Shown: positions 38,108 to 49,899 of the stretch, one piece after another
How the letters are laid out: each line of letters begins with the position of its first letter
How positions within the stretch are numbered: the stretch's first letter is position 1
NCBI GenBank assembly: GCA_964016885.1
Contig: OZ024741.1
Location: 389,174,001-389,238,000, forward strand
DNA: 64,000 nt
From: Eledone cirrhosa
Taxonomy: Eukaryota
Direction: 5' to 3'
Program-made: the position numbers and the translations under genes
Notes under the pieces: model-generated
Database searches by the model: none
Told to the model about the DNA's origin: nothing
The model's input: the letters and a program-made list of their open reading frames with translations, nothing else

Positions 38108-39432
38108 TTCCACATCAACAGTGACATAGACCGCCTTTACTTGAAACGTAAGCAGGGAGGCAGAGGTCTAACATCAGTCCAGACAACATTTGAATGTCGC
38201 ATCATATCTCTCCGATAACATCTACAAACCTCGAAGCGTATGTGCCCGCTTCTCGAGCAAGTCTATCTGCATGAAACAGATAAGATCATGAGAGTTGGGA
38301 AGGAACTCCTTGAGAGATATTCCCTGTGTGATAATCAAAAACTCACACCCAGGGATGTCGCTCAGCAGTATCGCAGTGAATCCATGGATGAAAAACTGCA
38401 TGCTTATCAGCAAAAAATCATGCATGGATATGTTGCCAGGAAGCTCCAGAGTGAGAGTAATATAGATAAGGAAAGTAGTCTATCTTGGACCAACAGCCGC
38501 TATATTGGCTCCCACTTTGAAGGATACGCTTTTGCAAGACAAGAACAGGAGATTAACATGAAATACCTGATTCACAAAAGAGATAGGGATGCAGGCAAAA
38601 CACCTAGATGTGATAACAAGTGCAGACTCTGCAGAACTAATATCGAGGATATCACCCATGTCATCAGCAGCTGTCCAAAGATGTCATCGCGGTACTATCT
38701 ACCTATGAGGCATGATGTAGTGGCCAAAACACTGTACAATGCAGTTCGTAAAAAAGATAGCCCCAATAATAAACACATTAAAAGCTACAACAATGTGGAA
38801 GACATCCATGTACATAATATGAAAGAGTACTGGTGGAATGTTCCAGTAAAAACACCAATAAAATGCAGGCATAACAGACCAGATATTATGATATGGGACA
38901 GGGAGAAGAAAACATGCACAGTAGTGGAAGTTAGCTATCCAGCAGATGCCAATATAATATCAAAGATTAGTGAAAAGGAGAATATTTATGCAGAACTGAT
39001 GAGAAATCTGCAGATACTCCACTGATTACACCTTCAGATTTATGCCTGTGATTATTTGGGCACTGGGGTATGTTAGTAACTGCCTCAATACAAATCTTGA
39101 GAAGCTAGGCTTCACAGGAACAGAAAGAACACAACTAGTTAGGAAACTACAAGTACAATCCATTAATGGAACAGTAAAAATATGTAAAACATTCCAAAAA
39201 ATGTGCATCTAATAACTGCATATACACATGTACAGATACAAAACATGTACACATGCACACATACAATTCAAACATCCAGATCCACACATACAATAACATC
39301 CATATCTACACATGCATACATACATATCTACCTGGTTGATGTGTAAATTCCAATGAGAGAGTCTTGTGTCTATGTTAGAAACCGACTCTCTCTCTATTGG
39401 TAAAACTTTGTGAAATTCTAAAACCAGAAGAA
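38108..39432 (+). mobile_element. R4/Dong-like non-LTR 3' fragment (CCHC finger plus restriction-like endonuclease), family A
   Basis: DIDRLYLKRKQGGRGL, CRLC..EDITHVISSC, RHDVVAK, HNRPDIMIWD, VVEVSYP; (CATA)n on both sides. Confidence 0.88.
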
Positions 39433-39721
39433 CATACATACTTACATACATACATACTTACATATACATACATACATGCGTACATACATAAACGCTAATG
39501 GCGACCTTATGGTCAGTCCGATGATTGAACGTATGTAATTACGGCTTATATGAAGACAACCATATATTGGAAAAGTTGAGCTACATATTGCGGTAAGATT
39601 ACATACAATATTTTTACATAAGTGTTTGAACTGTAAATATATTGCAACACATCTATTTATATGAACGATACATTGATTTTAACATATAAACGTTACATAG
39701 ATTTTGACATATAAATATATC

Positions 39722-40440
39722 CTTTTCCACTGGAACGCAGCTGGATAACGATAGCCTGCGCATCGGCGTTTTCGGATTGGACTCCGGATCTGCGAGCCAT
39801 ATAAATGTCACTGTGGATTCACCGTGGACTCTTTCGGACTCCACCCGCTTTCCTGTCGCCACAGTGCCGGTCGCCTTCCACGCCGTGTTGCCCTCAACGA
39901 GGTCATTAAGCATGGCTTGGACGCTACAGGCTTCCTCTCCAAGCTCGAGCCGGTGGGGCTGGACCGAGGGGATGGCAAAAGGCCAGACGGTATGACCATC
40001 TTCCCGTTCCGCGGTGGCAAACCCGTCGTCTGGGATGCCACTTGCAGCGATACTTTCTCTAACCACAACCTGGTGCAGTCTGCGACTAACCCAGGTACTG
40101 CTGCACGTCGGGCTGAGGAGGCCAAACTGTCCAAGTACCGGTCACTCTCCAACAGGTTCATGGTTGTGCCCTTGGCAGTGGAGACTTCTGGTGTCCTTGG
40201 CCCTAGGGCTACTTCCCTATTCACCTCCATAGGCGCTGAGCTAGCCAGCCGCAGGTATGAACCTTGCGAGTTGGAATGCCTCTTCCAGCGCATCTCCCTT
40301 ACCATCCTCCGGGGAAACGCCTTCTCCATTCTGTCCGCCGGGGCTGTGGGGAGGCCAGCACGTGGGATCCCATTTGCTCACCATGCGGATTAATAGGCAA
40401 AGTTATAAACTATTGTAAATAAATAATACAACGTTGTTAT
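39722..40440 (+). mobile_element. CRE-like non-LTR retrotransposon 3' fragment (Zn finger plus restriction-like endonuclease)
   Basis: CHCG..VDSFGLHPLSC..SAGR..LNEVIK..LEPVGLDRGDGKRPDGMT..VWDATCSDT..EEAKLSKY..PLAVETSG..FQRISLTILRGNA; GC/CpG-rich. Confidence 0.75.
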
Positions 40441-40449
40441 ATTACATTA

Positions 40450-43400
40450 ATAAAGAAATATACTAAGTAACGTTAGAAAACGATTCATTAAAAAGAAAAC
40501 AGAAAAAAGAAAGCGTTTAAAATACAGTTGTAGAATTAAAAACGAGCTGAAAGGAAATATTACTCAAGCTGTGAACAACTTTAAACTTGATTATGACAAA
40601 ACTTTGTCGAAACTTTTAAAGAAGATCATCGTCTATTTTGAAAAATAAATACTAGTGAATAAACGAACTCATTATGGCAAAACGTATAAGTTCCCTTCGA
40701 CCAATCCGCAGCTACAACCATTGTATACAATGGAGCTATGGTCTCAACAAAGATTTATATGAAGCATACAAACAATCAGACCCCAAAAAGTTTGGTTTTA
40801 TGCAGAGGCTAAAAACTTGGTGGAACTCCAAACACCCAGAATTAGACTTTTCCCCAAAACATTTAAATGAACAAGAAAAACGTATCGTTAGATGTAAATT
40901 GATACATCTAACGGAACTGAGTGACACTATTGAAGACAATCATTCCACTTCCATTGACAGACAGAGAGAATGGTCAGCTAAATCTAGCAATAAACAGTAC
41001 ACCAACAACGTAGCTGACATCCACCCCGCTTCCACTGATGAACAGAGAATGGTCAGCTGAATTTTGCAGTGCAGCACACCAACAACGTAGCTGAAATCCA
41101 TAATTCTAGTGTACAAACAGAACACCAAAAATTTGTGGGCATATTACAAGTGATATGGGATGATATGTTTCTAGATGTACGCAGCCTTAATGTGAGTAAC
41201 AGACCATACAACACCAGAATCAGTAAACAACCCACTAAATTGGAATTGGAAGCAGTAAACGAAATATCTGACATTTATCTGAAGGCCACACGATCCAAAG
41301 GTGTGGAAACGACATATGAATTGCTTAATATTTTGTTATATGTTTCACCTATCACATTGCAATCCTATCATAAACAATTAAAACCGCGCAACCAAGATAC
41401 AAACAGAAAGCCCCAATCTCTGTAAATGACACCCCTTCAAAAGAACAGGTTGAGAGCTACTGGAGATCTGTATGGGAAACGGATGACGGATTCAACAGAC
41501 AAACTAAATGGCTAAAAGAACTGGAACAGGACTACTGCTAACATGTCCAGACAAAACAATATGACATAGATGGGCCAATACTGGAAACAGCTCTACAGAA
41601 AATGTCGAATAGGAAATCACCAGGCCCAGACCTCATAACAGGATACTGGTTGAAGAATTTCACTTTCTATCGGCAAGATCTCATACGGCTGTTTACAGAA
41701 ACCATTAAAGGCACACAAGAACTGCCCAGATGGTTATCAACTGCCACTACTCTCCTCATTCCCCAAAATAGCCAAACCACCCATGCTAAAAATTACCGCC
41801 CAATAGCCTGCCAAAACATCATGTATAAATTATATACTGGGTGCCTTAACCTGTTCTTACAGGATCACTGTGCTACCAACAACATTATAACACCTGAGCA
41901 AGCTGGTGGAAGGAGGGAGGTGTGGGGTTGCATAGATCACCTACTAACTAATAAAATGATTCAAGAAAAAACAACAAAGAATCGCAGAAACATGACTGTG
42001 GTGTGGCTGGACTATCAAAAAGCATTTGATAGAGTACCTCATGGGTGGATTGTTAAGGCTTTGCAGTTAGCCAAAGTCCCACAACCACTGGTAGCTGCTG
42101 TTGAACGTCTGACCAAGAACTGGTGCACCAATTTGATCCTTAGAGGTGATAAGGAGCATGTTAAGACTGATAAGATACATTACCAGAAGGGCATCTTTCA
42201 GGGTGATAGCTTGTCAGTGCTACACTTCGTTCTCTCACTAAATCCACTATCTTACCTACTCAGGAAACAATGACAAAGAAGTGGGTCCAGAAGTATCTCC
42301 CATCTTTTCTTTGTTGATGACCTGAAGTTGTATGGGCCAAATATCAATGACATCGAGAAACAATTGGACCTCATTACACAATTTTCAACAGACATCAAAA
42401 TGAAATTTGGTGAGTCCAAGTGTGCATATTTGACAGTAAAACGTGGAAGAGCTGTGCCCTCTAGGAATCTAGAGATGAACGGCCTGACAATACAACCACT
42501 ACAGTCAGGTGACAACTACAGATATCTTGGACAGGATGAGAATGTCAGGTATGATGGACCCATAAATAAGGAGAGAACCAGAACTGAATACCTCAGAAGA
42601 GTAAAGAAAATATGGTCATCAGAACTGTCAGCGATACTTATGCTGTGCCAATTCTAATGCCAACATTTGGCCTGCTGAACTGGTCATTGCAAGAACTAAG
42701 TGAGATGGATGTTAGAACTCGCAAACTTCTCAGAGTTACTGGGAACTTTAACATCAATGGTGATGTGGACAGGCTATACTTCTCACGCAAGGAAGGTGGC
42801 CGGAGTCTAAAATCCATATTAACATCATATGAGACCCGGATAGTAACGCTGAAGCAACATCTTCAACAGAGGAAAAAGGTTGGCAACCATCTTGCCCAGG
42901 TTTATGAGCATGAAGAAAAAATATCATTAGGATAGCCACTGATCTGGAGGAGAGATATGGAATAAAGCCTGATATAAATCTCTCACCCAGAGAAATCGGA
43001 AGACCCTATTCAATGTTCAAACAAGATGAAAAAATTGACCAATTTACAGAAAAAGTTGTGCATGGATACTTGAGACGTAAAACACAGACCATAGAGGGGA
43101 TAAAACACTCAAAAAGCCTGGCATGGACTTCCGGCAAGTTTATGACATCACACCTTGAGGGATATCTCTATGCAATACAGGAACAAGAACTCCCTGCCAA
43201 ATATCTGCCGCACAATAGAGGAGCGCCATCAGCTGACAATAAATGTAGGCTATGTAAAACAAAGATCGAAGATGTAAGCCACATTTTTGCCAGCTGCGGA
43301 AGAATGTCAGCTCGCTACTACCTCCCCATGGGACACGATGGGATAGCTAGAACCATCTGGAACGCACTTCGGAAAACAAAATTAAAAACTAACAAGGAAG

Positions 43401-43896
43401 AATATATTGAGACAGATGGCACTAAGGAATACTGGTGGAACCTGAAAATAAAAACTGCCACCAAATTAAAGCACAACCGGCCTGATATTGTTGTTTGGGA
43501 CCACACATTGAAAACGTGTTCTGTTGTGGAGATCAGCTGCCCACTTGATGTAAACGTTGTCAGAAAAATACAGGAGAAGGAGGACATCTACGGACCATTG
43601 ATGAGGAGTTTACAAATCCAGTATCCAAGATACACCTTTAGCTTCATACCCATCATTATTGGAGCTACGGGTTATATACCAACCCGCTTGGACCAATGTA
43701 TAACTGAACTTGGATTTGCGGACAAAGAGCGCAGCTCCCTAATTCATAGTCTACAAATGGCTGCGATAGCTGGCACCTTCAAAATTTGCAAAACATTCTT
43801 GCGATTCAAGGGATAACAATTTCTTTTCTTTTACAACCTTGCTACCAGGAAGGTGGCCGGTCAAAAAATATACTCGAAATTAAGAGAAAGAGATAA
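40450..43896 (+). mobile_element. R4/Dong-like non-LTR element, family B, long copy with RT, CCHC and RLE; disabled
   Basis: KSPGPDLITGYWLK, NYRPIAC, WLDYQKAFDRVPH, GIFQGDSLS, HLFFVDDLKLY, DVDRLY..GGR, CRLC..H..C, HNRPDIV, VEISCP; ends at (CATA)n; 5' boundary approximate. Confidence 0.9.
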
Positions 43897-44029
43897 CATA
43901 CATACACACATATATACATACATACATACATACACACATACATACACACATACATACACACATACATACATACATACATACATACATACATACATACATA
44001 CATACATACATACATACATACATAAAAAA

Positions 44030-44293
44030 AAAATATGTAAAACATTCCAAACATTTTGCATCTAATAACTGCATATACACATGTACAGATACAAAGCATA
44101 TACACATGCACACATACAACTCAAAACATACACATCCACACATACAATAACATCCATATCTACACATGCATGCATACATACATATCTACCTAGTTGATTT
44201 TATGTAAATTCCAATGAGCGTCTTGTGTCTATGTTAGAAACCGACTCTCTCTCTCTATTGGTAAAACTTTGTGAAATTATAAAACCAGAAGAA
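44030..44293 (+). mobile_element. R4/Dong-like family A, 3' UTR-only copy
   Basis: Matches 39176-39432; (CATA)n on both sides. Confidence 0.85.
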
Positions 44294-44354
44294 CATACAT
44301 ACACACATACATACACACAAACATACATACATACATACATACATACACACACAC

Positions 44355-44450
44355 ATGATGGCTGGCCCCTCGTTATCGAGTATGACCATTGCACGAGGAA
44401 AAAAAAAAATAAAATAAAAAATAAAAATAAAGAAAAAAAAATAAAATAAA

Positions 44451-44481
<31 letters not shown>

Positions 44482-44486
44482 CATAC

Positions 44487-44519
<33 letters not shown>

Positions 44520-45598
44520 CACACACATATATATACACACACATATATTAATAACAATAATAATAATAATAATAATAACAACACTAATAATAACAACAAC
44601 AATAATAATATACATATATATACACACACACACACGATAGCAGCTAACAGCGCTGCGATCGAATGTGGCTTTTTAGCCCAGCCAATGATCTAAAATGTCT
44701 TGCACAGAGTCGGCAACCAAAACATTCACTGGGAATAGCCGGCTGTGGTTGGAGTTCATGTACTTTTGCATGTCGCTTGAGCCCTCCTGCTGATTTACAT
44801 TCTCTACCACATGCTTGGCAAGCATTATGAGTAGCATCTCCAACAGCAGCCTGGTAGTCAACCACTGGTCTTACTTTATGACTGCGAAGGTGACTTTCGA
44901 GTCCAGCTTTGCTTAGGCAGAGTCTCGCACAGACGCTACATGTCAGCACCATAGGAGGACCCTCGCCGTCTGGAAGTGCAACAGTAATGCCCTTCCTCAC
45001 ATCTCGCTTTACTTTCTCGTATGCGATTCGAGATGCCTCAAAGGCAACTTTTCCCTCATATACAGTCTTTCTCCATTTATTACGATCAGCAGCAATATTT
45101 TCCCATGTATCAGCAGAGATGTTAGCGTCTTTCAAAGAGGCTTTCAAAGAATCCTTATACCTCTTTTTTGGTTTATGTGGCGGTCGTTTTCCTTTAACCA
45201 ACTCTCCATAAAAGAGTTGTTTTGGTATTCTAGAATCCTTCATCCTGGCAAGGTGACCACTCCAACGGAGTCGTTGCTTAAGCACAAGAGCTTCTATACT
45301 GTCACACATAGAGCTTTCCAAAATCTCGACATCACTGACGTGGTCCCTCCGGTGAACGTCATGGATCCGTCTGAGACACATCTGATGGAAACGCTCCAAT
45401 TCCTTAAGGTGGTGTCGATATGTGACCCAGGTCTCGCAGGCATAAAGAAGACAAGAGAGCACACATGCCCTGTACACCTTTACCTTTGTCCTCCTGCATA
45501 TGTCTCGCCGACCCCTGAGTCGCCTTTCTAGCTTTCCGAAAGCATCACTTGCTTTCCTAATCCTAAGTGAGATTTCACTATCAAGGTTGCTGTATCGA
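44355..45598 (-). mobile_element. RTE (BovB-like) LINE 3' fragment with three C-terminal C2H2-type fingers; 3' UTR split by simple repeats at 44400-44635
   Basis: LDSEISLRIRKASDAFGKL..TKVKVYRACVLSCLLYACETW..LRWSGHLARM..RIPKQLFYGEL; uninterrupted frame to the stop at 44644. Confidence 0.88.
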
Positions 45599-45800
45599 TA
45601 CACACATACATACATACATATATACACACATACATACATACACACATACATACATACACACATACATACATACACACATACATACGTACATACACACATA
45701 CATACACACATACATATACACATACACACATACATACATACACACATACATAACATACATACATACATACACGCATACATACACACATACATATATACAT

Positions 45801-46252
45801 GGTAGCTGCCAACTCGTTTTCGAGTACGGCCACTACTTTATATCCATGTAGGAGAACCCCTGCCGATGCGCTGAATGAGTCCAGCCAGCGACTTGAAAAC
45901 TCTGGTACAAACACTACACTTGTGACAATTATTGACACATAGTGTTGGGCCCATGGTACCATGCGACGACAAGTGCAGAGAGATCTCCAGATATAAAGCA
46001 ATGCCTGTGCCGTGAAGCTTTTATAGTGAGCAAAGGCACTACACAAAGCCAGTCCCACTCTCTTAACCAAGATGATATTTACCAAAAAGAAGAACAAGTC
46101 AACATCATTGGATACCATCAGGGTTGCAGGTGTTATATCAGAGTTTTCCTTCTTCTAGAATTCTGCCTTGACAAAGGCTAAGGGGTCATCTCTCCCGGTG
46201 ATTTTGGATGGCCATTGACTCTTAAGTGCTCCTTTGCCCTTTGACAGGTTTG
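45801..46252 (-). mobile_element. Non-coding RTE-tailed element, copy 1 (5'-truncated)
   Basis: Near-identical to 47408-47860; (CATA)n at the 3' end. Confidence 0.8.
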
Positions 46253-46261
46253 TACATACAT

Positions 46262-46838
46262 GGTGGTGGCTGCCAACTCGTTTTCGAGTACGGCCACTAC
46301 TTTATATCCATGTAGGAGAACGCCTACCGATGCGCTGAACGAGTGTGATTTTTTAGTCCAGCCAGCGTATTGAAAACTCTGGTACAAACACTAACTTGTG
46401 ACAATTATTGACACATAGTGCTGGGCCCATGGTACCATGTGAGGACAAGTGCAGAGAGATCTCCAGATATAAAGCAATGCCTATGCCGTGAAGCTTTTAT
46501 AGTGAGCAAAGGCACTGCACAAAGCCAGTCCCACTCTCTTAACCAAGATGATATTTACCAAAAAGAAGAACAAGTCAACATCATTGGATACCATCACTGT
46601 TGCAGGTGTTATATCAGAGTTTTCCTTCTCCTAGAATTCTGCCTTGACAAAGGCTAAGTGGTCATCTCTCCCGGTGATTTTGGATGGCCATTGACTCTTA
46701 AGAGCTCCTTTGCCCTTTGACAGGTTTTGTTTTTAGTCCTGCGGGATGTCCAAAGTCACCCTCCTCACCAAGAAACCTTGGTGGGGTTGCCAGTTTAGTC
46801 GCCAACGTCCCGACCATGAGACAGGTTGTACTGGGATA
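46262..46838 (-). mobile_element. Non-coding RTE-tailed element, copy 2
   Basis: Near-identical to 47408-47975. Confidence 0.8.
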
Positions 46839-46903
46839 CATACATACATACATACATACATACATACATACATACATACATACATACATACATACATACA
46901 TAC

Positions 46904-47344
46904 ATTTATGCAGAACTGATGAGAAATCTGTAGATACTCCAGATTTATGCCTGTGATTATTGGGGCACTGGGATATGTTAGTAACTGCCTCAATACAAAT
47001 CTTGAGAAGCTAGGCTTCACAGGAACAGAAAGAACACAACTAGTTAGGAAATTACAAGTACAATCCATTAATGGAACAGTAAAAATATGTAAAACATTCC
47101 AAAAATTTTGCATCTAATAACTGCATATACACATGTACAGATACAAAGCATATACACATGCACACATACAACTCAAACATCCAGATCCACACATACAATA
47201 ACATCCATATCTACACATGCATGCATACATACATATCTGCCTAGTTGATGTTGTGTAAATTCCAATGAGAGAGTCTTGTGTCTATGTTAGAAACCGACTC
47301 TCTCTCTATTGGTAAAATTTTGTGAAATTATAAAACCAGAAGAA
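46904..47344 (+). mobile_element. R4/Dong-like family A 3' fragment
   Basis: Near-identical to 38984-39432; perfect (CATA)n on both sides. Confidence 0.9.
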
Positions 47345-47407
47345 CATACATACATACATACATACATACATACATACATACATACATACATACATACATA
47401 CATACAT

Positions 47408-48007
47408 GGTGGCTGCCAACTCGTTTTCGAGTACGGCCACTACTTTATATCCATGTAGGAGAACCCCTACCGATGCGCTAAACAAGTGTGACTTTTAGTC
47501 CAGCCAGCGACTTGAAAACTCTGGTACAAACACTACACCTGTGACAATTATTGACACATAGTGTTGGGCCTTTGGTACCATGTGACGACAAGTGTAGAGA
47601 GATCTCCAGATATAAAGCAATGCCTGTGCCGTGAAGCTTTTATAGTGAGCAAAGGCACTGCACAAAGCCAGTCCCACTCTCTTAACCAAGATGATATTTA
47701 CCAAAAAGAAGAATAAGTCAACATCATTGGATACCATCAGGGTTGCAGGTGTTATATCAGAGTTTTCCTTCTCTTAGAATTCTGCCTTGACAAAGGCTAA
47801 GGGGTCATCTCTCCCGGTGATTTTGGATGGCCATTGACTCTTAAGAGCTCCTTTGCCAGGTTTTGTTTTTAGTCCTGCAGGATGTCCAAAGTCACCCTCC
47901 TCACCAAGAAACCTTGGTGGGGTTGCCAGTTTAGTCGCCAACGACCCGACCATGGGACAGGTTGTACTGGGATACATGTTACCAGTAGCACCAACTGGTG
48001 ACCTGAC
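47408..48007 (-). mobile_element. Non-coding RTE-tailed element, copy 3 (longest, 600 bp)
   Basis: Flanked by (CATA)n; contains the RTE 5'UTR-like 'gagaaggaaaactctgat'; 3' end resembles 44355-44390. Confidence 0.8.
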
Positions 48008-48604
48008 ATACATACATACATACATACATACATACATACATACATACATACATACATAGAAATGAATAAAGAAATGTCGTAGAAATATTTTCTTCGTTTA
48101 TTGTCATTGGTGCTGTTTTATGTGGGTGTATTTGTGTGCGCGTGGTTTTGTGTTCGTGAATGAGTATATTTGCATGTGCGTATATGAGTGTATGTGCGTA
48201 TTGTGGGTATGGTGTGGTGTGCGGTGGCCGGAAGCTGGGGAATGCTCGACCGAAAGAGTGCTTGACCGGAAGGGTGCTTGGCCGGAAGGGTGCTCGACCG
48301 GAGGGCCAGCAGATCGGTCTCTCTCTAGTGGTGACCAGGAAAGGTGTGGACGCGAGTTTTGCAGCTCTCGGGTGATAATGAGTTGGACGCACGTGGAAGA
48401 GGAGAAACCAGCCATGGGATTTAGCGGCGCCTATGAAAAGCGTAAGTGAGATAGATTTTTCTAACAACAAGCTATTTCGGGGCTGGAAACAGATCTGATT
48501 GAAAAAAAACAAACAAAAAAAAACTTTCTCGAAAACAAAGCTACTGGAAAGACAGAGAGGAGTCTGTTGTTGTTTTTATTACGTACCGCAAGACAAATTA
48601 GGAT

Positions 48605-49366
48605 ATGGCGACGAGACTACGAACGAGCGAAGCGATTAGGGCATTTACCGGTGAAGGCGATGTTGTCGCTTGGCTGCGAAAAGTCCGGCTGGTCGCAAGC
48701 TTACAGAAGATAGAAGATGTGGCTGGCCTCATGGCACTGTACTTCGAGGGGGACGCGTTGGTACTCTTCCTTGAGTTGGATGAACACAGCCAAAGGGATG
48801 CGCAAAAGATTGAGCGGCGCATGATGGAAGCGTTCGCGGAGGGACCGTTAGCCGCTTTTGCTAAGCTGGCAAGAATTAGATGGAACGGTGAACGCGTTGA
48901 CATTTTCGCAGCGGAAATACGGCGATTGGCCATGTTGGCTGGGTATCAGGTGGAATGCGAACGCACGGTGCGGTTGGCGTTCATAAATGGATTTCCAGAC
49001 GACTTGGCGGTGAAACTGCAGCAAGTCCCGGGTTACAAAGAAATGGAGATGTGTTCACTGGTGGAGCAAGCCCGTATCATAGCAGAAGATGCCAAGAAAA
49101 GTGTCGCGGCGATAACAACCACAGAGGCTCAAGACAGCTGGCAGAGAAATGGTGAAAAGGAGGCAATCACGGCACGCGGTCGCCCGCGAACGTTTAGAGG
49201 TCGCTGTTTTAGGTGCCAGGGCCCGCACATGGCGAGAGACTGTAGAGCATCAAGGCCGGAAATAATATGCTACCGGTGTAAGCGACCAGGCCACATCGCT
49301 ACTAACTGCGACCAGGGAAGCGATCCAAGGGGAACTACTGCGCCGGTAGTTGCCCCTTACGAGTAG
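48605..49366 (+). CDS. gag: Gag-like protein with two CCHC-type zinc knuckles
   Basis: Intact 253-aa ORF; CFRCQGPHMARDC and CYRCKRPGHIATNC. Confidence 0.85.
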   Translation: MATRLRTSEAIRAFTGEGDVVAWLRKVRLVASLQKIEDVAGLMALYFEGDALVLFLELDEHSQRDAQKIERRMMEAFAEGPLAAFAKLARIRWNGERVDIFAAEIRRLAMLAGYQVECERTVRLAFINGFPDDLAVKLQQVPGYKEMEMCSLVEQARIIAEDAKKSVAAITTTEAQDSWQRNGEKEAITARGRPRTFRGRCFRCQGPHMARDCRASRPEIICYRCKRPGHIATNCDQGSDPRGTTAPVVAPYE

Positions 49367-49377
49367 AGGCGCTGCCC

Positions 49378-49899
49378 GTGGTGGAAGTCTTCGTGAGGGG
49401 AAAGCCACAGCGAGCCCTCGTGAACACGGGCTGTACGACGACACTGGTGACCGCGGGGGTGGCGCAGAGGTGGCGAGGGAAGAGCAGCGTAAGGGCAGTC
49501 GACGGCAGGAAAATTGAATACCGAGGTCGCAGCGAGGTGGAGAAGGGCGTACGGGGAAGGGAAATAAGGCTTTCTGCCATCGTAGTTGACAACGTGGTGG
49601 ATGGGATCGGCGTGGTTATGGGCATGGATGCAATTGGCCGGCTAGGAGGCGTCACAGTGAACAACGTCGGTGTGTCGTTTGGCGGCGCTGCATCGGTATG
49701 CGCTGTGAGTACGCGACAGGAGAACCAGAAGGCCCACGAGGAGAAATACCCCGCTTACACTGTGCAGGACAAAGACTTCAAGGCCGTGTTCGATGGACAG
49801 CGATGGGTTGTTGAGTGGTACTGGAAGGAAGAACCATCAACACTGAAAACCAAAGTGGGCTGCTATCAACACGCATTGAGAGGTAGAGAGATGGATTGA
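49378..49899 (+). pseudogene. Retroviral-type aspartic protease and start of pol, catalytic D replaced by N, truncated
   Basis: ALVNTGCTTTLV (vs DTG), VVMGMDAI; lies in the -1 frame relative to gag. Confidence 0.8.

Noticed and set aside
45870-45905. Hammerhead-like 'ctgaatgagtc...gacttgaaa'
   Set aside because: Wrong core spacing, and it arises from a deletion in copy 1 only; absent from copies 2 and 3.
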